Assembly: GCA_964187785.1 (NCBI GenBank)
Contig: OZ076409.1
Coordinates: 80,850,001 to 80,914,000 of the forward strand
DNA from: Amphiscolops sp. MND2022
Lineage: Eukaryota
DNA: 64,000 nucleotides
Direction: 5' to 3'
Part shown: positions 60,401 through 64,000 of the stretch, piece after piece
Layout: the number at the start of each line of letters is the position of its first letter
How positions within the stretch are numbered: position 1 is the first letter of the stretch
Notes under the pieces: model-generated
What the model saw: the letters and a program-made list of their open reading frames with translations, nothing else
Databases searched by the model: none
What the model was told of the DNA's origin: nothing
Program-made: the position numbers and the translations under genes

Positions 60401-63138
60401 TCAAATTGACCCTAAACTTGTCAGAACTATTTGCATTTTTTGACACTTCTGGTGAAACAATGTACAATAATATAACAAACCGGGATTGCTCAACTTTCCT
60501 AAATTTGAAACAGACCTAATTTCAAGCTTTTACCATTTTCTCTTTTGCCATTCTTGGCGAAACGAGTTTCAGCTCGCGAAACTGCTTTTCTCAAGCCGAA
60601 ATGTGCTATGAAAGCAAGGGGTACACGTTTTGTGGTATTTCCCAAATTTTCTCAAGTATTTTCTCAAGCCGAAAATAATTGTGGTATTTCCCAAAATCAG
60701 AAAGAAAACTCATCAGTTCCACATGATCAAAAGTAACAGAGAGGTCACCCTCAAGACTCGGGAAACTTGTTTCCTTTACAGAAAACCTCAAAAACTAAAA
60801 ATTTTGAAAATTGTTTTTAGAAAATTATTCTCAAAAAATTCATTAAAAACTTTCTTTTTTCTCGGTAAGTTGCATAGTGCCGAAAAAACGAAAAGTGACC
60901 AGCTCTCTGAAATATTAAATTAGGGGTTTCCTTTAAAATGGGGTACGATGAATCAAAGTTTTCTTTTCTTCGAACTTATTGGCGTTTTGATAGTGCATTG
61001 GCTTATTCTTGAGCCTCAAACTTATGTAGTTGTAGAACAGTTCGGGCGGAAAATATCCCGCTGCTCATTTTGCCATGGTAAGATCTTTCTTATCAAGGCA
61101 GGCATGTATCTAAGAAAACTCTTACTAAGAAGCCCAATATGGCAAGAAAAAATTCCTACGAACTGCTCGATTTAGAGAACCATTAAATTAAAAGCTATTG
61201 AAAATCTAAAACTCACTCTAAACTATAAAATTACTGGAAAATCTTTGCAATCATTAGAATAACATCGAAAACCACTGAAACAATTTTTAAATATCACTAG
61301 AATAGGATCTAACACAAATGGAACAACATCTAAAAACCACTAAATTCATCTAAAAATCACATGAATAAGATCTAAAACCTTTGAATTGAGAACCGAAACC
61401 CCTGAAACCTATGAAATTTCATATTGACGACCTTGCGCGCCGGATTTCATTTCACTGGAACAAGGTCTAAAGCCACTGGAATAAGGATTAAAATCTCTGG
61501 AAGCAGATCTAAACATCACTAGAACGACAATATTTCATCCAATTTCATACAGAAAACCACTGAAAAGGTCCAAAAAAACTTGGTACGTTGGTTCTCATTT
61601 CAGTGTAATAAGATTTAAAGCCACTGTAATAAGTTCTTAAATTCACCAATAGTTCTTTAAATCTTGTTCCAGAGATATTCCAGAGATCTTTAAATCAATA
61701 ATTCTTTAAATCTTAATCCAGAGATTTTGATTTTTTGCAAAAGATGAAAAGCTTTGCAAAAGATGAAACACTGAAAAAGCGCTAGGGGCGCGAATAATGT
61801 CTAAGGAATAACGTCTAAAAGTGTTTCGGGAATAACGTCTAAGGGAATAACGTCTAAAATCCAATGTATTAAGATTGGAAATAAGCACGACTGAGCACGA
61901 CTTGGCTTTAGACGTTACTCTTTAGACGTTATTTCTTGCCATGGGATCCCTGATTGCCAAGATGTAGTAAGAATTTGCCAATAATTTGCCATGGCAACCA
62001 AGATGCTAGTAAGAGGGTCAACCCGGGTAACTCATCAACGGAAATTTATGGTGCTCAAAACATTAAAAACGTTTGTCTGATTACAAGATGTCAAGAAAAT
62101 CATCTTGGTGAAACATCCAGTCATTTTTTTATGAGCAATGACAATATCAGCAGTACAAAAAACGGGGTAATTTCGGATGGCTAAATAACTACTCAAGCTT
62201 GAAATCTTTACACCATAGCGGCCAAAATAGTTAGATATGGTAGAAAAAATTGTTTAAACTTTTCATTATATAACTTAATGTTGATACATGACAGCTCATG
62301 TCAGATTTTTTTGAAAAACAAAATTGTAAATAATGTTTTTTTTCAGTGGTGCAATTTGGTTTCGTTACCATGTTTGCATGTGCTTTCCCTATCGGACCCA
62401 TTCTTGCGTTGGCAAACAACATCATTGAGATCCGGAGTGATGCGTGGAAGTACACAGCTTTGACCAGGCGCCCCGTGCCTGAGAGATCCAAGGATATTGG
62501 TTAGGAAGACTAAAATGACTAAACTCCTCTTGGTGATTGTCTTTGGAAAATTCAGTCAATATTTATGACAGCAGAGCTGAATCGAATTTCCAGTTTTTCT
62601 ACACATGCTCGCAAATTTTTCAAAGAAAGGTTGTTTTATGTCATTGGACGCCATTGGATTCTAAAATGCAAAGTAAAATATTTTCAGATAATTTTCAATA
62701 ATTATTGGATCTACTGAAAAAATCAGACTCCTTTTGAATTCATTTGGAAGTCGAAACCAATTTTAGTCCTATTTGTTGGTAACTATTGTCAGAAATGAAA
62801 GTATTAAACATTCTCGTTAGCCTAACTTTTCCTCTTCAGGAATATGGTTCGACGTGCTTTTCTTCCTATCCCGGCTGGCTGTTTTCACAAATGTAAGTAA
62901 ACAATTTTTGTGACATCATTTAAGCAAAAATGTTTTCCCACTATTGCTCGACTGGGGCGTTTATATTCCAGGCGTACCTGATGTGCTTCACTTCGTACTA
63001 CCTGGACAGAACTGTTTATTCGTACGTGTATCCAGAGGATTCTGGCCTGAACAACTTCTACAACTTCACCCTTGCCGATGCCCCACCAAAATACTTGCAA
63101 GGAACTGACCCCGACGGCTTGCCTAGAGTGCCTTGCAA
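9313..63138 (+). CDS. Anoctamin/TMEM16 family gene (Ca2+-activated channel/scramblase), partial; 12 exons, about 633 codons in window
   Basis: Exons 9313-9423, 9963-10167, 11557-11647, 12761-12995, 45810-45947, 46243-46413, 46829-46977, 47415-47567, 55756-56030, 62347-62499, 62840-62892, 62972-63138. All have AG/GT boundaries and mutually compatible phases. Motifs: [89 protein letters not shown]...DIGIW. The paralog cannot be assigned. Confidence 0.95.
9963..10167 (+). CDS. Anoctamin exon (...[25 protein letters not shown])
   Basis: tttcag| acceptor, |gtttgt donor; conserved QPL...YFGEK motif. Confidence 0.92.
11557..11647 (+). CDS. Anoctamin exon, TM1 ([14 protein letters not shown]...)
   Basis: ttgcag| acceptor, |gtgagt donor; phase 1 to 2 fits both neighbours. 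Confidence 0.9.
11744..12285 (-). mobile_element. Helentron-like non-autonomous element carrying a minisatellite
   Basis: Begins AAACAAGCCGGGAACGGCCCAAGTCGGCGCC, which resembles the reverse complement of 44943-44981. Ends in hairpin TAGTCGGGCACTTTTC-TTA-GGAAAAGCGCTGACTA. Confidence 0.55.
11950..12180. repeat. 21-bp minisatellite, about 11 copies (GAAAACGTTACATCCGAACTTT-like)
   Basis: Directly visible tandem array. Confidence 0.95.
12761..12995 (+). CDS. Anoctamin exon, TM2 (MCPMCD...FDN...FLEFWKR)
   Basis: tttcag| acceptor; |gtcgat donor (weak), joining in frame to ERPRP at 45810. Confidence 0.9.
13072..13555. mobile_element. hAT-like MITE
   Basis: Imperfect TIRs CAAAGTTGGAACC.../...GGTTCCAACGCTG; 8-bp flanks AGACTGAT / AGGCTGAT (7/8 identical). 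Confidence 0.7.
14773..14795 (+). repeat. Left TIR CATTACAGTGGGGTAACCGGCAA
   Basis: Exact reverse complement of 33694-33716. Confidence 0.95.
16280..17370 (+). CDS. Small spliced orphan gene inside the transposon (exons 16280-16354, 17010-17118, 17183-17370), about 120 aa
   Basis: ATG...CAG|gttaga, ttcag|...A|gttagt and cgcag|TT splice in frame. Exons 2 and 3 end in related peptides ([17 protein letters not shown] / [10 protein letters not shown]...DPTVC). No recognisable domain. Confidence 0.5.
16957..16979 (-). repeat. Internal degenerate copy of the right TIR
   Basis: TTGTCGGTTACCCCACTTTAATG matches the right TIR at 21/23, and similarity extends upstream (CCGAGTTTTGGAAGGCC). Confidence 0.9.
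17482..17718. mobile_element. Tc1/mariner-type MITE
   Basis: TA|CAGTAGTGATATTATT...AAAATATCACCACTG|TA; related copy at 27568-27747. Confidence 0.7.
17808..20222 (-). CDS. SET-domain lysine methyltransferase (SETD8/PR-Set7-like) with N-terminal low-complexity repeats and a degenerate tyrosine-recombinase-like segment; exons 20222-18931 (1-nt frameshift near 19270) and 18776-17808
   Basis: SET motifs [47 protein letters not shown]. Intron CAG|gtaact...ttctag|TTT is phase 0. The three ORF-track pieces join into one protein of about 750 aa. Confidence 0.85.
19595..19860 (-). repeat. 39-bp coding tandem repeat ([16 protein letters not shown], about 7 units) in the SET gene
   Basis: Repeated CTCAGTTGATTCGTCGTACTGTCAC... 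units; S/T/Q-rich peptide repeats in the ORF. Confidence 0.9.
20780..26390 (+). CDS. Zn-finger + acidic-repeat + JmjC histone demethylase (KDM2/KDM7 JHDM1-like); exons about 20780-21538 (frameshift near 21278), 12 micro-exons 21696-24713, 24871-25181, 25329-25854, 26056-26390
   Basis: JmjC motifs [23 protein letters not shown]...[24 protein letters not shown] with HxD...H and the 2-oxoglutarate lysine intact. They are followed by a JHD-like segment (LTVYQRE...FPHF). N-terminal C2H2-like [16 protein letters not shown] and FICRFCG..H. Splice phases are compatible; the true start codon is uncertain. Confidence 0.88.
21455..24870 (+). repeat. Tandem exon+intron repeat array (units of 298 bp and about 231-239 bp) producing 12 symmetric phase-1 micro-exons
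   Basis: Each unit reads gtttcag|ATTC(C/T)GACA...CAAG|gta(c/t)aa. Exon lengths are 141,141,141,84,81,84,81,81,87,87,84,84 nt, all multiples of 3, and encode [26 protein letters not shown] peptides. Confidence 0.93.
26838..30758 (-). CDS. DDE transposase (RAG1/Transib/Chapaev-like) with C-terminal BRCT-like domain; exons 30758-29802 (frameshift in the run at 30561-30569), 29714-28413, 27449-26838 (frameshift near 27007)
   Basis: Motif series [45 protein letters not shown]...KTMRGGG matches the order of RAG1-core/Transib/Chapaev catalytic blocks. Both introns are phase 1 (G|gtatgt..ttacag|GT; G|gtaagg..tcacag|AA). The last exon ([40 protein letters not shown]) fits the BRCT pattern. Confidence 0.82.
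27568..27747. mobile_element. Tc1/mariner-type MITE in transposase intron 2
   Basis: TA|CAGTAGTGAGATTATT...AATAATATCACTACTG|TA. Confidence 0.7.
27860..27916. repeat. Near-perfect hairpin (26-bp arms, 1 mismatch, 5-nt loop)
   Basis: AGTAGATTGAGATTGGATTTCTCTCT-CCGCC-AGAGAGAATTCCAATCTCAATCTACT. Confidence 0.95.
30864..31200. repeat. 136-bp tandem repeat (about 2.5 copies) between the divergent transposase and Tudor-like genes
   Basis: TTGAAATGCGTCTGCT recurs at 30864, 31000 and 31136. Confidence 0.9.
31492..33035 (+). CDS. Protein with N-terminal Royal-family (Tudor/chromo-barrel/MBT-like) domain; exons 31492-32211 (frameshift at 32060-32065) and 32416-33035, about 445 aa
   Basis: N-terminus [35 protein letters not shown] fits the V.V.D...W..A.I...V.Y..W barrel pattern. 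Intron G|gtaaat...tatcag|GT is phase-compatible once one A is restored. The C-terminal half is not recognised. Confidence 0.65.
33694..33716 (-). repeat. Right TIR TTGCCGGTTACCCCACTGTAATG
   Basis: Exact reverse complement of 14773-14795. Confidence 0.95.
38663..42701 (+). mobile_element. Ty3/gypsy LTR retrotransposon with RT/RNase H deleted
   Basis: 213-bp near-identical LTRs (38663-38875, 42489-42701; TG...CA), 5-bp TSD GTCCC, PBS-like TGGCGCAG, purine tract GAAGACGGGGGAA. ORFs encode gag with [14 protein letters not shown], protease IIDTGS, and integrase (HPG..WWP..CSAC, MDF, TDKG, AERSIQ). Confidence 0.95.
44220..44775 (+). mobile_element. Probable 5' gag-like fragment of another retroelement
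   Basis: Open, coiled-coil-like hydrophilic reading frame ([11 protein letters not shown]...[14 protein letters not shown]) embedded among repeat fragments; no splice link to anoctamin. Confidence 0.4.
45810..45947 (+). CDS. Anoctamin exon (ERPRPAY...[12 protein letters not shown])
   Basis: tttcag| acceptor, |gtgcgt donor; conserved motif. Confidence 0.9.
46243..46413 (+). CDS. Anoctamin exon, TM3-TM4
   Basis: ttccag| acceptor, |gtgaga donor; hydrophobic helices; phase 0-0. Confidence 0.85.
46829..46977 (+). CDS. Anoctamin exon, TM5 ([22 protein letters not shown])
   Basis: tgccag| acceptor, |gtaagg donor; conserved motif. Confidence 0.92.
47415..47567 (+). CDS. Anoctamin exon, TM6 (RLENC...CLWEMAMQL...[13 protein letters not shown])
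   Basis: gaatag| acceptor, |gttagt donor; conserved motif. Confidence 0.9.
49859..51751 (+). CDS. Gag-like protein, 630 aa
   Basis: Retrotransposon-gag motif [16 protein letters not shown], preceded by WLLKF....LNW and LRGAV blocks; long intact ORF between the LTRs. Confidence 0.8.
   Translation: METEVRGLARDQVDVGEFPSSNSPSWRGWLLKFSSTAVQLNWDYETCCQMMSESLRGAVFNAFLEAKLFVEVELEGPSVSDLLSRTVQVIGVSQIELIEERLLLELRQRKGENISDYARRVGEFKTLALKTFSDEHWASSCLSGLNDECLRDVVKDHAKVTLIVRELERQDCLEQQLNGLWAKMHRVRRRHAEPQAQAERMPTDKENFSVAQSSGSLQKVTILSKEKQTRSVADVDSSNAAQRKNEETKSESIAHTNSARVTRSTSAWKASYWGEDDNDDDCDDLVEDHEGTAHKQHQRTELWSYSSDEEWSDEEDDELWSELDGDDHPDCPYELVTLEEALRHFDKSKKARLASGNHASLTAPEKGYQLVPNPETLMWDNEPAGRSSVYEVRSGEAIVQRVWFKYDVATNVQMNHINRPERGLIEIAVVRLINKAVAVDFEQMSAERTTLSSERCSFTLEARMELSQRTDETWEVESGHCTTQAVECNFKAMEELADIKLECVKQGNLDCMCAPKTEAETPWHSIQTWIVEAEPQWNPRPSTEVARTAYQRVPDRNAGIKLTEASSARRKKNVWTSFLWFMTALWVQVNVLSDCGKSLPVKILPRCPNGWDNALWPPYVNWGRAASLLC
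51684..52466 (+). CDS. Second LTR-element ORF, unknown function (260 aa)
   Basis: ORF overlapping the end of gag; no recognisable motif. Confidence 0.35.
   Translation: MDGIMRSGLRMLIGVELRHCCVKEDWVQHRQCLSPVCRWEATKWREGKVSHSFEQSDRSWIRHKRNPGAELMRLNSDSGDAKTSVPIVDMENNHTEVNEKLAEVSRVNPRGQILEGKPLSTPSRMMLLKLSRICLTHPCHETEVTSVSEPRETSGKPLGDHARGSQLSSLNSSKSVTMRDEHRTARKVYDRGKMKLSGGDTGQVMRKTMLTPEGKWFCHPPAPSEPQKRPVPRCGSDSGQCEAGVEQKRNVAVPSADSCS
55333..55606 (+). repeat. 274-bp direct duplication of 47498-47771 (3' part of an anoctamin exon, its donor, and intron)
   Basis: TGGCCATGCAACTCAT...GAATGAAAC occurs immediately before LTR1 and immediately after LTR2, with only a few differences. Confidence 0.95.
55756..56030 (+). 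CDS. Anoctamin exon (acidic loop...[15 protein letters not shown])
   Basis: tcacag| acceptor, |gttagc donor; conserved WExDY and DYxE motifs. Confidence 0.92.
56491..61067 (+). mobile_element. Helentron-like (HINE) element, same family as 14397-36864, without the giant insertion
   Basis: 5' TATTTTCCGCCCATATTTCATATGGGAAAGGAAAATA; 3' GGGCGGAAAATATCCCGCTGCTCA; about 140-bp subrepeats. Confidence 0.8.
56956..59586 (+). repeat. Recent tandem duplication of about 1320 bp within the HINE
   Basis: Sequence from 57001 is nearly identical to sequence from 58321 (offset 1320). Confidence 0.92.
62347..62499 (+). CDS. Anoctamin exon, TM7-TM8 (VQFGFVTMF...[10 protein letters not shown]...RRPVP)
   Basis: tttcag| acceptor, |gttagg donor; most conserved anoctamin block. 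Confidence 0.95.
62840..62892 (+). CDS. Anoctamin exon (GIWFDVL...LAVFTN)
   Basis: cttcag| acceptor, |gtaagt donor. Confidence 0.9.
62972..63138 (+). CDS. Anoctamin exon ([13 protein letters not shown]...YNFTLA...PC)
   Basis: ttccag| acceptor, |gtgagt donor. The gene continues past this exon. Confidence 0.88.
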
Positions 63139-63559
63139 GTGAGTTTATAAGGATGTCCGGACCGTACGCCTAAAGACATCACACCCAAGTACATGGGAAT
63201 GGTAAATAATGTCCAAAAAATGGATTTTGTGAAAATAAAAAACATCCAACGAAGGCATTCGTGATCTCTAGTGCCCTAAACGCAGGAGAGGAGCGAAGCG
63301 ACGTGCCATTACCGGTCTGGCGGCTAGTTTTAACATCCTGGAAGGAGGAAGGCCGAGTCATACAACAAAATTTTCAAAATATTGGGCGTAACGTCTTTGA
63401 GTGTAATGTCCCAGAGGACTTATAAAAGATCAAAATCTCATATTGCAAGGAACTTATACAAGCCTATCTTCGATATAAGCCGCGATTAATTGACTTGAAC
63501 TATCTGTCAAAACTATCATGTGCCAAACTTCGACATTGTTTGCTCAGAACCCGGAAAGT

Positions 63560-64000
63560 GTTGAAACGAGAAATGATTTTTCATCAGTTTTAGGGCTCAA
63601 TATCCGATGTTTAGATTATCATTTTGAAAATTTTTTGGTACTACTGGAAACTCTGACACCTAAACCTGATATAATGGCAATTACAGAAACTTGGATGACA
63701 GAAAATGACCCATTAGAAGAATTTCAAATCGATGGATACCAGCCCATTGTTTCGAATCCTCGTAAAGAATTTAAACGGCCATCAGGCGGGGTTGCTTTCT
63801 ATATCAAAGAAAGAATAGAATATGAGCCAATAGAAACTTCCATTATTATTGAGTGCCAGCTAATCAAAGTGAAATACGACCACGACTTAGTCAAAGTTTT
63901 TTGTGTAATCTATCGTCCTGATACCTTTCGGCTGACAAAATTTTTACCAAAATTCGAGGAGCTTCTGTTTTTCCTAAAATCACTCAGCTATGAAACTTTT
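63560..64000 (+). mobile_element. LINE (CR1/L2-like) ORF2 AP-endonuclease N-terminus, running off the window
   Basis: Open frame SVLGLNIRCL...PDIMAITETW...GGVAFYIKE...VIYRP carries APE endonuclease motifs. Confidence 0.85.

Larger units (their letters stand above)
56413..62027. mobile_element. Non-autonomous TIR element (CCC termini, TA flanks) hosting a nested HINE
   Basis: TA|CCCAGGTTGACCCTC ... GAGGGTCAACCCGGG|TA; AAGATCTT and TTGCCATGG subterminal repeats on both sides. Confidence 0.7.

Overview
AT-rich eukaryotic (animal-like, intron-rich) DNA. The host gene is an anoctamin/TMEM16 family member on the + strand. Twelve phase-compatible GT-AG exons lie between 9313 and 63138; its 5' and 3' ends were not located. 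Its introns hold Ty3/gypsy LTR elements, Helentron-like non-autonomous repeats, MITEs and the start of a CR1/L2-type LINE. The main finding lies in the 32.8-kb intron (12996-45809): an 18,944-bp cut-and-paste DNA transposon (14773-33716) with perfect 23-bp TIRs (CATTACAGTGGGGTAACCGGCAA) and a 2-bp AA target duplication. It encodes a spliced RAG1/Transib/Chapaev-like DDE transposase with a BRCT-like C-terminal exon. It also carries what looks like a histone-methylation toolkit: a SETD8/PR-Set7-like SET writer fused behind a degenerate tyrosine-recombinase-like segment, a Zn-finger plus KDM2/KDM7-type JmjC eraser with 12 tandem acidic micro-exons, and a Tudor/chromo-barrel-like reader. A small orphan spliced gene is also present. 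A gag-only LTR element (47772-55332) is flanked by a 274-bp duplication that includes part of a host exon. All family assignments come from manual motif recognition; no database searches were run.
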